DNA from: Dimorphilus gyrociliatus
Lineage: Eukaryota; Animalia; Annelida
DNA: 58,044 nt
Direction of reading: 5' to 3'
Assembly: GCA_904063045.1 (NCBI GenBank)
Contig: CAJFCJ010000080.1
Location: forward strand, 1-58,044
Shown: piece by piece, positions 20,106 to 33,115 of the stretch
How the letters are laid out: each line of letters opens with the position of its first letter
Numbering within the stretch: the first letter of the stretch is position 1
The notes under the pieces: generated by a model
What the model saw: the letters and a program-made list of their open reading frames with translations, nothing else
Database searches by the model: none
Told to the model about the DNA's origin: nothing
Made by a program: the position numbers and the translations under genes

Positions 20106-21644
20106 AAATCTTCTATAATATCCACAAAATGCTACAAAACTTAATAAAGTATTTGCAAACATTGGTAATTCAGCATCCTTTATCTTTTGAATCTTTTCTG
20201 GATCAGTTTCAATGCCATTTTGTGTAATTCTATGACCAAGAAATTGTACTGATTCTTGTAGAAATGCACATTTGCTTAATTTAATTCTGAAATCTTTTTC
20301 CTTGATTCTTTCCATTAACTTTTCAAGAGCAATGAAATGTTCTTCCAAAGTTTTTGTAAAAACAATGATGTCATCCATATAATTAATACAAAAGTTTTCT
20401 AATCCATTTATGACAAAATTTGCCATAATATAACTAAAGTGTGAAGGTGCATTTGCCAAAACCAAAAGGCATTCGATTAAATTCAAATAGACCAAATGGT
20501 GTAATAAAAGCTGTTTTCTCTTTATCTTCTTCTTTGATGGGAATGTGGTGAAATGCACTTGTTAAATCCAAGATGGAAAAGTATTTATGTCCTCCTCCAA
20601 GTTTGTCAAATAAATCTTCTTGGTGTGGGATTGGATAACAATTCTTTTTTGAATGCTTGTTGAGTTTTCTGTAATCTACACACATTCTCAATGTTCCTTC
20701 TTTCTTTTTAACAAAGACAATAGGTGAAGCCCATTGGCTTTTACTTGCTCTAATCAATCCATTTTCCAATAGTCCATTCAGTTGCTCTCTACATTCCTGC
20801 TGCTTGTTTGGTGGCAATCTGTATGGTCTTTGTTTAAAAGGTTTTACTTCATCCAACAATTCAATTGCCATAGGTGGAACATCAGGTGAGCCAATATCAG
20901 TTTGATTTGTAGCAATAATATCTTCATAATTCTTAATGATTTCTTTTAATTCTTCCCTGCTCTTTTCAATGTTACCTTCAGACACACTGGAATAATTGTT
21001 AATTTCCATAGTGTTTATTGCAAAACTGTCTCCACTATGATTTGACAAAAGTTCACAATCTATAACTCTGTTAAAGTCCAATTCTTCCAACTCTTCTATG
21101 TCAGGAAGTGGTGGGGATTCTTCATCTTTTTTAACTTCAATAATTATTCCATCGTCCAACTCAATGTGCTGGGATTTCATTTCTGTTGCTGTATCTTCCT
21201 CAGATGTAGTACCAGTCTCCTCTTCTGAATCCACAGAATCTGATATGTCAGGCTGGTCATCATGTTTTTGCAAATATTGTCCAATCAGTCCAACAGTTAG
21301 TTTGTTAGGTTTTCCTTGGTTTCTTTTATTTGTCTGATTGTTTTGTCTTTTTTGTAGAAAAGTTTTAACAGGCTCTCCTTTTCTTATAAAAAATGGTAGT
21401 GAAACTTGTTTAGTTGCAAAGTTAATTAATGCACCAGATTCTCTTAGGAAGTCACATCTCAGAATTATTGCCATATCCAATTTTTCCATTATAATGAAGT
21501 CTTGTTCCATTATTTGTCCAGCAAATTGTATATTAAGTTTTGCTTTACCTTTAGTTTTCAGGGCATTTCCATCAGCCAAAGTTATTATTGGTAATGCAGT
21601 GGTTTCTTTTGTTGCACATTTTTGATCCAATAATTTAATTTCTT
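20106..21644 (-). pseudogene. pol: Inverted Gypsy protease-linker-RT segment
   Basis: ADGNALKTKG, CDFL, PFKQRPYRLP, WASPIVFVKKK, LRMCVDYRKLN, LDLTSAFHHI, FGLFEFNRMPFG, then a frameshift to YMDDII, FLGHRI and GYYRRFV. Confidence 0.92.
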
Positions 21645-21938
21645 TGTGCACTTAGAAGTAGCTCACACCCAGACTATTTTAGGATAAAAGAATCATCTAT
21701 TAAATGGGATTAATGGTTTAAATATGATGAACTTAGAATGGTGAAGGTTGCACAGCTGTTATTTACCACAGGAAAAACAACAACAATAAAAAACAATAGA
21801 ATTGACTATTAGAAGGGCTTAACCATTCAAATATGATGAACTTAGAATGGTGAAGGTTGCACAGCTGTTGTTTACTACAGGAAAACAACAACAAATGTTT
21901 GCAAACCTGTTAAGGAAATTATTGAAAAGTTTAGCAGC
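21645..21938 (+). repeat. Repeat D copy 2 (internal deletion; followed by CCCTAA tract 21938-21963)
   Basis: Direct repeat of 19600-19957. Confidence 0.8.
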
Positions 21939-21963
21939 TAACCCTAACCTAACCCTAACCCTA

Positions 21964-23686
21964 TAAGAAATTTTTCCTTTATACTGATCACCAAAATTTG
22001 GTTCAAACATTTGTACAAAACAAATTAAATTCAAGTACTGTTAAATGGGTTATGGCACTTATGGATATGGATTTTGAAATAATTTACATACCAGGAAGAA
22101 CTAACAGAGCAGACTGGATATCAAGGATTGGAGAAACTAATGAAGTAATTGATTTTTGAAATTTACTCAAGGAAAGGTTAAATGAAGAAAAACAAAATGG
22201 CAATACAGTTCCCCAATTAGCAGAAAGAAAGGATATGCTTAAATGCTTTTATATTGACACTGAAAATTTAGAAGAATTGGATGACTGTTTGGATGATAAT
22301 TTAGATGATGACTTTGATGAAGAATTAAAAGAATATCAAGCTCAAATAATGAAACTAAAAGTTGCACCAGTTGAAATAAACTTTTATAAAGAACAACTAC
22401 TAGACATTCCATTAATGAAAGCAGTAGATAAATTGGAAGGAGAAAATATTGAAGATGAATCATTAAATGAATATAAAAATTATATTGAAGGTATGTTTGT
22501 AAAAGATGACCTAATATGGTATCTAAATGGCTGTCAACCACTACTTGTAATTCCTCTATCAACTTTAAGTAACCTACTTGGACAAATTCATCAACATCAA
22601 CTATTTGAACACTATGGTGTTGATATAACTATTCATACTTTGGAACAAGCATTCTGGCATCCTAAGCTAAAGAAAACAATTAAAGATCACATAAGGAATT
22701 GTGAATTTTGCGAACAATTAAGGGCACCAGGTAACAAACATTTATTGGTTGAAACACCACACCCAACTCTACCTATGCAAAGAATTGCTATGGATATCAT
22801 GGGACCTCTGACTGGACATGATTCTTACAAGTATATACTTGTCATTATTGACCACATGTCAAGATTTACCAATCTTTTTCCTCTAAAAACTCAAACAGCT
22901 GAGGAAATTTCCAAGCATTTGTTTTTCAATTATTTTCCAATATTTGGTATTCCAGAAGAAATTCTCACAGACCAAGGACGAAATTTTCTTGGAGAAATCT
23001 TTACAGAAATGGTAACATCATTGGGAATAAGAAAAATTAAAACAACAGCATTTCATAGTCAAAGTAATGGAATGGTAGAAAGAAAGAATTTGGAAATTCG
23101 TAGAGCACTGCATAAACATGTAGTTCTGGAACAATTGACAGATTGGACAAGACAATTACCAATAATTCAAACATGCCTAAACCAAATTCCAGTTGGAAGT
23201 ACTGGTAAAACTCCACATGAAATATTGTTTGGATTAAAGAATAGAAATGTTTTAGATTTATTGATGGAAGTTCCAAGGTTAGAACCTACAACAAAATTCT
23301 TATTTGATAGAAAACATGAATTAGAAGAAATCAGAGCCACAGCACTTTGTAAATCTGTCTTGAAAAAGAAGGAATATAGAGATAGAGTTAACAAAGCTAT
23401 CACAAAAAAACCACCAACTTACAAAATTGGTGATTGGGTACACATAAGAAATGAACACATTGGTCAAGGAATGAACAGAATAAATACAACCAAATGGAGT
23501 GGACCATACCTTGTAAATGCTGCTGATACTACAAAATGTTTATATGAATTAGAAATATTGGCAGACAAAAGAAAATTCTATCACGCAAGCAGATTAAGAC
23601 TAGCTAACAAACAAGCCATAACAGTAAATACAATTAAAGCAGAAAGGCAAAAATGGTCTGGAAGAACACTTCCTATTAGAAGATCT
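21964..23686 (+). CDS. pol: Gypsy RNase H C-terminus and integrase (ORF 22235-24013 continues into env)
   Basis: LYTDH...KWVMAL...FEIIYIPGRTNRADWISR; H-x6-H...C-x2-C zinc finger; MDIMGP, TDQGRNF, NGMVERKN (DDE); WSGPY. Confidence 0.92.
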
Positions 23687-26139
23687 ATAATTTACACTTT
23701 GTTAGCAATCTGTTGTTTAAACATGGTTCAAGCAAATGTTTCCATAACAAGGGCAAACATAACTGTAAGAATGAGACCATCAGTACAGTATTGCCATGGA
23801 CAACAAGTACACCAATCATTTGATTTGGCAGATGAACCAATATGTACTTTTGAAACCAAACAAATGACAAAAATTGTTGCTAGTATTTATGAAATTAAAG
23901 CTGACAATTTAGCAATTCAAGCAGTTAAGTGTATGGTGAAGAGAAGAATCAACTTTTATACATATTACTTCTTTGGAGCAAAAAAGCACAGAATTGAAAA
24001 ACACTTACCTTAACTGAAAAACAATGTAGACAAATGCTTGAGTATAAGAAAACTCTTAATGGACAAAAACTTCTTCAGAAAGGAAAACTTTGGGTGTTCG
24101 ATGAAAACAAAGGACCATATTACAAATGGCCCAGAACAACAGTTGTTGAAGAATTCACAACAATATTACAAATTGGCAAAGCTTATTGGCAGCCCAACCA
24201 AGACAAAATAACTACAAATCTGGAATATATGGAAGACTGTTCTATAAAACACAAATTCTGTAGAACACTGGATTCAATTATTATATTTAATCCAAAGAAA
24301 GGACAACACCTTCTTGGCCATACCTCACCTTGGAAGGTTGTCACAAAAAATATAGAATGTGTTAAACTAGGAGGATACTTTTCATGTCCAAATTATGCAA
24401 TTATGGACCTTCCATATGAAGACAGATACATAAGAGGATTTGGAGGACCAGGAACAAGAGTATTAGTTCCACAAAAAGCATCCGATTTATTAAGAACTGA
24501 TTTCCAAGAGTCAATCTATGCAAATAGGAAAATACTACTGAACAGAAAATTTCAAGTCATTTCTAATATTGAGACAATGAGACTGGAAAATTACACAGGA
24601 AAAAAGAAATCAGTTTTGAGAAAGGCAAATGAAACCGATAAACAGAATATTGTAACTTTCAATGATTGGTATAGAGAAGGTGATAGAAATTATCACATGT
24701 TGTTAAAAACCCAATCAACATCAGTAGTGCAAACATATATTTTGAATGATATTATTTCACCAGATATTTGGGATATAGATAACAATTACATTCTGACAAT
24801 GCTGAATAGTTCCAAATTAAAATCTACAGTAGGAATTGGACTGAGAGATTTTGAATTAAAACACAAAGAAATCACCTTCAATCCATTGCCAAAACTAAAT
24901 GTATGGTATGAAAGTCCAACAGGTAATCAATTTCAAACAATGAAAGCAAATGGAAAATTCACACTATTGCAACGTACTTCCAATGTTGCTAAATGTGATT
25001 TAGATGAATACACAATGAAAAAAGAACCAAAATTCCACAAACTGGACATTGAAGATGCAGTTAGAACATCTGCCTTACTCAATAATATTGACAAAAACTT
25101 TCAAAATCTACAAACTGTATTCAAACAAGTATCTCAACTTTTATGCAAAGAATTTATTATGAGAAATAAGATGGTGGCATTGCTTACACCTTTGGCACCT
25201 CAACTTCCAACAATACTGGATCCAACACAAGGCACTCACAGCACCTGGCTGGGTGACCTAACAACACTTAACACATGTACAAAGCTAAAATCAGTTCAAG
25301 TAGTTTGTGATATTGAAATTATAACAAAAAATGGATTATGTTCAAAACAATTCCTCATCAAATATAAGGATCTTTTGTTCTCAATTGATCCAATTCTACA
25401 CCATGCCTACCACATAACTAAAGAGGATATAAGATATGGAGCATGTGACCAAACACAGTATCTTTTTAAAATAAAAAAGAACCCTCTGGATGCTGAAAGG
25501 AATCAAGATGCAATATCTTCTGGAAAGAAAACTTTCATCTATTATACAAGAAATGGTTGTAAATTTCAAACAGCTGCTGCCAGATCAATCAGAATGAAAA
25601 TTAGCAATGAAATTGAAGAACCAAAACTAGAAGTTGCAAGGCTCACAGATCTATTACAGTTAGGTATAAAAGACCATGTTGGTAAGAAACACCAACAATT
25701 CCAACAAGTCCTTGACTACATACAAGACACATGAACAAGGCATAACAAGCATATCAATTTTGCTAATGAACTTGGTATTGACTCAAGCATGTCAACACAA
25801 GAACATTTATTTTCATCATGGTTAAAAACTCCAACTAAAATGCTGATCAACATTGCCTTTCCAACAATAATTGTTATTGTAATCTCATTCATTCTATGGC
25901 TTGGATATAAAAGAAGATGTAGCAAAGTTACCAGGAAAACACTTTGGAAATACTTAGAAAGAAGAAAACCTCAACCCACAGCTCCAGAAATCCAACAGGA
26001 GGAACTACAGGTCCCAACCTACTCAACTTTAGAAATTGATCAGGAAGCAATACCTCTTCAAAACTATCCAACATTTAAAAGAGATGGTAACACAGTGATT
26101 GTCACCAGTCCCAGACCTTTCATGGAAGCAAGGTCTTAA
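23687..26139 (+). pseudogene. env: Envelope-like glycoprotein fused in frame to integrase; frameshift near 24000 and stop at 25732-25734
   Basis: Signal-like IIYTLLAICCLNMVQA, Cys-rich ectodomain, gB-like LLC...LAPQ...WLGDLTTLNTC segment, TM LINIAFPTIIVIVISFILWLGY and cytoplasmic tail; directly precedes the PPT and LTR. Confidence 0.85.
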
Positions 26140-26153
26140 AAGGGTGGGATATC

Positions 26154-26868
26154 TGTGCACTTAGATATATTGACATATTGGTATTTAGACTTTAGGTTTA
26201 GAGGAATTCTAGAATAACTTCTATTTCATAGAAATTATAAAGGTGGAACTTTAGAAAGGCTTTTATTTCATAGACAACTGTATTTCATAGGAAATAGATC
26301 ATTTGCCCATAGTAGATGGAGCCACTATGAAGTTAACAAAGGAACAAAGAACATGGAAAAGATGCATGTCAAAGTTGTGACATCTTGGGTAATGCCAGAT
26401 GTTGATGAGGCAGACTTAATCTGCAGTGGCAAATGTTGGCTATGTCATGCTTGCCTTATCATTATGATCTAGGTGTAATAGTCTTTGCTCTCTTTGTTTC
26501 TTGTGGATTATGAGACTGTTGTGTATTACCTTTTTAATCGTTTGAACAATTGAACCCAAGCTTTGGTAAATGTATAAAAGGAAATACATTTCCCCAGCTT
26601 GGCAGTTCAGTTCTTTAACCGTTAGCTGGTTGTTTAAGCTTACTTGTTTAGAACTAGAAACTCATTTACTCAATACATATTCTTTGAATGATAAAGTGGT
26701 AATTTGTTGATTAATTTCTACCTAAGTTACATTTATTGAGATTATATGTGGACGAACTTAAAAGGTTCTATTTAGACCAGTACTTTGGTGAGTTGATCAA
26801 TGATTGAAGAAGATAAATACTGTTCAGGAGAAGCAGAAATTCCTACAATTACAATACAACAAAGTACA
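26154..26868 (+). mobile_element. 3' LTR (family A), preceded by PPT AAAAGGGTGGGA (26138-26149)
   Basis: TGTGCAC...AAAGTACA termini; homologous to 1-541. Confidence 0.9.
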
Positions 26869-27009
26869 TAAACTTTGTTCAAAAATATTCAGGAAATGTG
26901 TTCTGACTTTCTAAGTAAACTCTTTCCAAAGATAACTAGGTTTCTTGTGGGTAGGGTTTCACTTGGGTACAGTTTCATCCGTATAACTAAAGATATTTAT
27001 TCTAACAAT

Positions 27010-27230
27010 GAAAGAATATAGGTTTTTGCAACTGAACATCAGTTAAAGCTGCTGTCAAAGGCAAAAATATGGTATGTGGATGGTACTTTTAAAATTGCAA
27101 AAGATTGCTTTTTTTCAAATGTTTTCAATAGATGGATTTCTAAAGAGAAATGGAGAGTTGAAGCAAGTACCATTGCTGTTTTCATTTTTAACTTCAAAAA
27201 AGAAAAGAGCTTATAAATTACTTTTCAAGG
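27010..27230 (+). pseudogene. MULE (Mutator-like) transposase fragment
   Basis: Translates, with one frameshift, as VFATEHQLKLLSKAKIWYVDGTFKIAK...QMFSI...VPLLFSFLTSKKKRAYKLLF, the typical W-x2-DGTF and VPL.F motifs. Confidence 0.8.
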
Positions 27231-27306
27231 TAAGTTTTGTTTACAAATACATAAATGAATGATAATTTGTGTATTTAGGCTGCAAATGAGCTAACTGGTG
27301 ACATAT

Positions 27307-27848
27307 TGTACAACTTTCATTCTATTTTATTGTTATATTATTATCTATAACTTACTTAAAATCTACTTGAGGGAATACAATAACATGTGGCCTAACACAG
27401 ACATTGGTTTGTCATACTTAAGGTTCATCCTTAAGTACCAATTAAGCTTTGGCCAAGTTATAATTGAATTAGCTTGCCTAGGGTGTGGCCAAGATACCAT
27501 TTAATTAGTTTAGCCAAGGTGTGGTCAAGTAATAATTCAATTAGCCTTCCTAAATGTTGAACCTTGTAACATCCTCTTACTAAAGATAAATGTAAACTAG
27601 ACAGTTTGACAGTTGCGAAGTGATGATTGGACACTAGAGAATAGTCTTCAAGTATATAACTCCTCACTGCTTCACTCCAATCAGCTAACCTCAACCTGAG
27701 AGGATCAACTGGAACCAACGCCCACTGGGATCTTTGTACTTCCTCAACATTGGACACTAGTTTGGTAATTTGGCAACCTACTGTTACCCACTACTTACTC
27801 TGCTATTGAACTTTCATATTGTTACTTGCTTAAGTATTATTTTCAATA
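27307..27848 (+). mobile_element. Solo LTR (family B), 3'-truncated, inserted in the MULE remnant
   Basis: Starts TGTACAACTTTC; colinear with 41578-42199 (reverse). Confidence 0.85.
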
Positions 27849-28030
27849 AACCACTTTATCTCTATTGCTTAAATAAATCAGTTTACTTGCAATTACATAG
27901 TCTTTGTTTTTCTAGATATTGATTATCTTATTAATCAAGCCAATTCTTTCCTAACCCTACTTTTTTTCTAAAAACATCACAACCTTCTATATATTATATA
28001 AAGTGCTTTTTTCTACTTATTCAAGATGTT

Positions 28031-28119
28031 TTCTATGTCTTTTGTGGACGTTTTCTGTCTCTTTTGTGGACATTTTCTGTTATGGACATTTTCTGTTGTG
28101 GACGTTTTCTGTCTAAACC
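28031..28119. repeat. MULE-type terminal repeat with tandem TGTGGAC.TTTTCTGT units
   Basis: Four short tandem units ending in GTCTAAACC, downstream of the transposase fragment. Confidence 0.55.
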
Positions 28120-28129
28120 ATTATCTATA

Positions 28130-28650
28130 GTTCATAAGTGTACATAGAGAATGATTGGAAATGGAGACATAGTAAAATATGTCAATATCTAGGTATTCTC
28201 AGCAGTTCATCATGCCTACTCTCATCTGTTAGCCTAGTACTATTGACACTAGAGAAAAAAGCTGCTGTAAAACAATACAAAAAAATCCTTTTCCTAAGCT
28301 ACAAAACAATAATGATTATATTAGCTCTTTCCTTCCTGTCAGTTGTATTGTTAGCAGCTTTTCCTAATTTTTACTTTGAGGTTTGAACTAAAATTTCTTT
28401 TACCAAAAATACTTGTCTATATTGTAAAATGTGTTATGATTACTCATCAAGATATCCATTGTGCTTTTCTCTTCATTTAACAAATCAGAGGAAAGATAGA
28501 TAGATCTATTCTTTTTTGGTTTTCTCAATATTGCCAATATTACTTATATGTATTGTTATCTATTTCTATGTGGACATATTAAAAGAAGTCTCAAAGTCAA
28601 GTAGAATTATATCAAGAAAGCAACTACTTACAAGATCTGCAATCTTGTAT
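28130..28650 (+). pseudogene. Fragment of a GRL101/LGR-type 7TM receptor (TM3-TM5)
   Basis: WKWRHSKICQYLGILSSSSCLLSSVSLVLLTLEK, then YPLCFSLH and a further hydrophobic helix; contains stops. Confidence 0.55.
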
Positions 28651-29928
28651 TTTTACTTTTAGGATTAGAGGGTTTGCTGACAATGTTTTGGGGTGTTTCA
28701 CCCCTTCATCAGGATTAATCCAAACCCTCATTTAAGGTTGAAATCTAAAAAATTTAAAGGAAAGTGCCTAACAACCTCTTCCATTTCAATCAACTTCAAA
28801 TCATTCAAGTCCAAAGATGCGCCATTGTTTCAATCAATTTCAACAGAATCCACCTCCAAAGAGAACTAGGTTCTTGAAAGACACTCTTGATTTGCAACTG
28901 TGGAGAAGGTCAGCCTTCTAATTGATTCAGAATGTGAATATTGCGCCCTGGTGAATCTGTGCTTCTCTTTACTATTAAGATACCAATAAACATCTCCAAT
29001 TTCAAGGCAATTATTGGTTTGATCACTTTCAGAGGGTTGTCCTCCCCCAGGTTAGTCCAATGTTTTGTGATTGAAATTTTTTTTTTTGTTTTTTTAAAAA
29101 CAATTTTTTTTAATTAGGCAATTGGAAGGTTTACAGTAATAATTTGAGATAAAAATTTCAAAATTTTGAACCAAAGCATATATTGGAGGTGTAAATGTGA
29201 AAAAATTTGATGTCTTTTTTTACATTTGGACCTATAACTGAATTCCCAAGCCCACAATTTTTTTTCTTTTTTGAATATAGCCTTATGACATCTGACTAAA
29301 GAACATATCAAAAAATAAAAAAAATTGTGGGCTTGGAATTTGAGATATTTAGCTTTGAAGTTTTGGTTGGATTTGTTTATATACTAATATTGCATTAATT
29401 GGTTATTAATTAATAGAGATTGATGAAAATATTTATTGTTGTCAATGTTTTTGAAAAATTAACATTAATAATAATAATACTGAACACAATAGCATATACT
29501 GATGTATAGATAAATGCAATGAATACTGTATTAGGTTTTGCACATGTACAATGATATGCAATAATTCTGTTTAAATACATACAATATAAATTCCATCAAC
29601 ATGCTAATGTTTTTTATATTGAAATTGCTGTTGTTGATGTAGATATAGTAGTTAACCTGTAGTAATCATTCAGATGCCAGGATAGTTGCTATTCGAATTT
29701 AACATGCTGATCCAAATATCAACAAACTTGTAATGAATGAAGCACTATTTGATATCTAAAACAAAACAAAACTGCTAACTATTTAATTATACCTACCTAT
29801 TGTAAGTTGATTTAAAATAGGGTTGTAATGGTTATCATTATACATTAGACAGTATATTGGAGAAATAGTATTACCATCATTAACTTTTGTCATTTCAACA
29901 ATTACATATTTATGAAAATGTTTACTAT

Positions 29929-30861
29929 TGTACTTTGTTGTATTGTAATTGTACGAATTTCTAATTCTTCTAAATCAAAGTCTTCCTCTCCAATCATTTA
30001 CCAGTTTGCCAAAGTACTAATCCAAATAGAACCTTCCAAGTTCATCCACAAGTAATCTCAATAAATGAAACTTTTACTGAAAATTTACCAACAAAACACC
30101 AGTATTTCATTCAAAGAATATTTTATTGAGTAAATGAGTTTCTAGTTCTAAATAAGCAAGTTTAAGCAACCAGCTGACGATTAGAGAACTGAACAGTCTA
30201 CTGTTGAATTCATAGGGTTTGTATACTTTTCCAATAGTTGACAGTTCACAGATCACAAATATGCACACAAAGAAATGTAACAATTTGGGTAAAGGAAAAG
30301 TTCAAATATACTTCCATATTTGTTACTTTTTCTTTATCTTGGAGACCTGCTGCTCCCTATTTTTAGTAGGTTGGAAAGTTGCATAAGATGTAAGAATTTT
30401 GGTTGGAGTTGGATTAATTCCAAAACACAAAAATAGACAAAGGTCAACTTTACTGCTACCACAAATGATTAATAATAATTGTTTGTGTAAATGAGTAATA
30501 GGGTAAAACTAAATATACTTAATCAGACAAAACAGTATTGTGCATACAATATTGTTGAAAGTGACAATAATCTATATACTCCAAATGTAAGTAAAATAGC
30601 ACAACTAATGTTCATTGAATATTATGTGTATAATAATTAGGCCTAATATTTCAGTTGTAAATGTATTTTACAACTGACTTTAAAATTATGGAAATAATAG
30701 TGTATGCTGTAGTTTAGGCATGTTAAATACAGTACAATGCTCCTTCAATATTGCATTCCATTTCTGAATGGAATGTAACAATTTTGGGTGTATTGTGTCA
30801 ATGTGTGGGCTTGGTTGTAAGCTTATGTGTACAGTATATGCTAGTAGCCTAAATGTGTACA
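29929..30861 (-). mobile_element. 3' LTR (family C), preceded by PPT TAAAGGAGGGGGA (30878-30866)
   Basis: TGTACACA...CAACAAAGTACA termini; follows the env stop codon at 30876. Confidence 0.85.
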
Positions 30862-30875
30862 AACATCCCCCTCCT

Positions 30876-32652
30876 TTAAGACCTTGCTTCCACAAAAGGT
30901 CTTGGGCTTGAAACAATCAATGTATCTCCATTGGGTGTGAATGTAGGATAGGTTTGTAATGGTATTTCTTCTGGGTCAGCTGTTGAAACTGTTGGCAACT
31001 TCTCTTTTTTAGACAAAAATTTTGCTAAGTTATTGAAGTGTACTCGTTTCCAGTTTTTCTTCCACATAAACCAAATGAGGATTCCAATTCCTATGATTAT
31101 TCTTATTGGAAGAAGAATATTGATGATTGTTTTGTAGGTGTTCTAGCCCATGATGAAAACAGATGCTCAGTTTTAGATAAAGCAGCATCAATACCTACAT
31201 CATTGGCAAAACTAATGTGTTCTTGATGTTTTGTCAAAGTATCCTGAATGTATTCTAAAACTTGTTGAACTTGTTGTTGCTTCTGACCAACATCCTCTTT
31301 TATACCAAGTTGTAATAATTCAGTAAGTCTAGCAACCTCTAGTTTTGGTTCTTCAATTTCGTTGTTGATTTTCATTCTGATTGATTTTGCTGCAGCTGTT
31401 TTGAATCTGCATCCTTTCTTTGTGTAATAGATAAATGTTTTCCTTGCAGATTGCATTGCATGTTGATTCTGTTCTGCATCTAGTGGGTTTTTTTTAATTT
31501 TGAAGAGATGTTGAGTTTGATCACATTCTCCATATCTTATATCTTCTTTTGTTATATGATAAGCATGATGAAGAATTGGATCTACTGAGAATAAAAGATC
31601 TTTATATTTGATGAGAAATTCTTTTGAGCACAACCCATTTTTGGTAATAATTGTGGTGTCACAAACTACTTGAACTGATTTTAATTCTGTACAAGCATTC
31701 AAAGTTGTTCGATCACCAAGCCATGTACTATGTGTTCCATGTTTAGATCCAAGAATTGTTGGTAGTTGAGGTGCCAATGGTGTAAGTAATGCTACCATCT
31801 TGTTTCTCATAATAAATTCTCTGCATTTTTTTAAAAGTTGTGATACTTGTTTGAAAACTGTTTGTAAGTTTTGGAAATTCTTATCAATGTTGTTTAATAA
31901 AGCAGATGTTCTTATAGCATTTGCTATGTCAATTGTGTGAAATTTTGGCATTTTTATTCTTTCTGATAGTTTTCTCCTCCATTCATTCTTCATTGGTGTT
32001 CTTTGCAAAAGTGTAAATTTCCCATTTATTTTATGTGTTTGAAATTGTTTATCTCTTGGACTTTGATACCAGGTTTCCAGTTTTGGTAGGGGATTTAAAC
32101 TAACTTTCTTTGTCTTGAGTTCAAAATCATTAGCTTTTGCTGGTCTAGCAGGTTCCAGTTTAGTTGTTTTTAACATTTTCAGTATGTATTTGTTGTTAAT
32201 ATCCCATCTGTCAGGTGAAATTATTTTGCTTACATGCCAGGTCCTAACCAATGGTGTTACATGATTTTTAATCAGCATATGATAAGTCATGTCACCATCT
32301 CTATACCAATCATTATAGGTTAGTATATTTTGTATTTCTGTTTCATTAGCTTTTCTTACAGTTGATTTCTTTCCTTCATAGTTCTGCAATTTCTTTGTTT
32401 GAAATAATTTTATATTTTGTATCCTCCATTATTCTGTTATCAGCATAATTTAAAGTTGTAAGATCAGTTCTTAATAAATTATATTCCTTTTGGGATACTA
32501 AAATTTTGGTTCCAGGGCCACCATATCCTCTAATGTATCTATCTTGATAAGGTAAATCCATTATTGTGTAGTTGGGACATGAAAAGTATCCTCCTAGTTT
32601 AATACATTCCACATTGTAGGATACTGCTTTCCATGGTGATACATGACCTTTG
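30876..32652 (-). pseudogene. env: Second env paralogue (C), 5'-truncated and frameshifted
   Basis: ORFs 32376-32657, 31103-32389 and 30876-31067 align end to end with env A (SPWK..., IRTSALLNNIDKNFQNLQ, SPRPFVEARS). Confidence 0.88.
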
Positions 32653-32654
32653 AC

Positions 32655-32976
32655 CATTTCAACCCAAGCTTTGATAAATGTATGAAAGGAGATGTATTTC
32701 TACAGCTTGTCAGTCTCTAATCTGTAAACATAGACTAAACTGTATTTTTAGATTGGAAACTCATGTTACTTAATACATATTCTATGGGCAAACTCTGTTG
32801 GTATTTTAATACATTTGTATTATTTAAAACTAAATTCACTCTAAAGGTTAATATTTTATGGACATATTTGATGTTCTATTTAGACCAGTACTTTTACAAA
32901 TTAGTAAATGATTGGAAAGGACAATTACTGTTGTGAAGAGCCTGAAATTCCCACAATTACAATGCAACAAAGTACA
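32655..32976 (+). mobile_element. LTR 3' fragment abutting env C in opposite orientation
   Basis: Matches the R/U5 of the A/C/E LTRs and ends in CAACAAAGTACA. Confidence 0.75.
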
Positions 32977-33115
32977 TAACTAGTAGTTGTAGGATTTCTC
33001 CTGAATGCTTTCAAGAAGATATTAGAGCCTTTAACTTATGCTTTAAATTTAAAGTCTACAGACTCTAAACTATTTCTTGAATTTTACAAAAAAAGAAATA
33101 AGAGAATATAGTAAG

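Noticed and set aside
25732-25734. TGA in env A as selenocysteine or programmed readthrough
   Set aside because: Paralogue C has Leu at this position and env A also carries a frameshift; a simple nonsense mutation is more likely. The PLE ORF has no in-frame TGA either.
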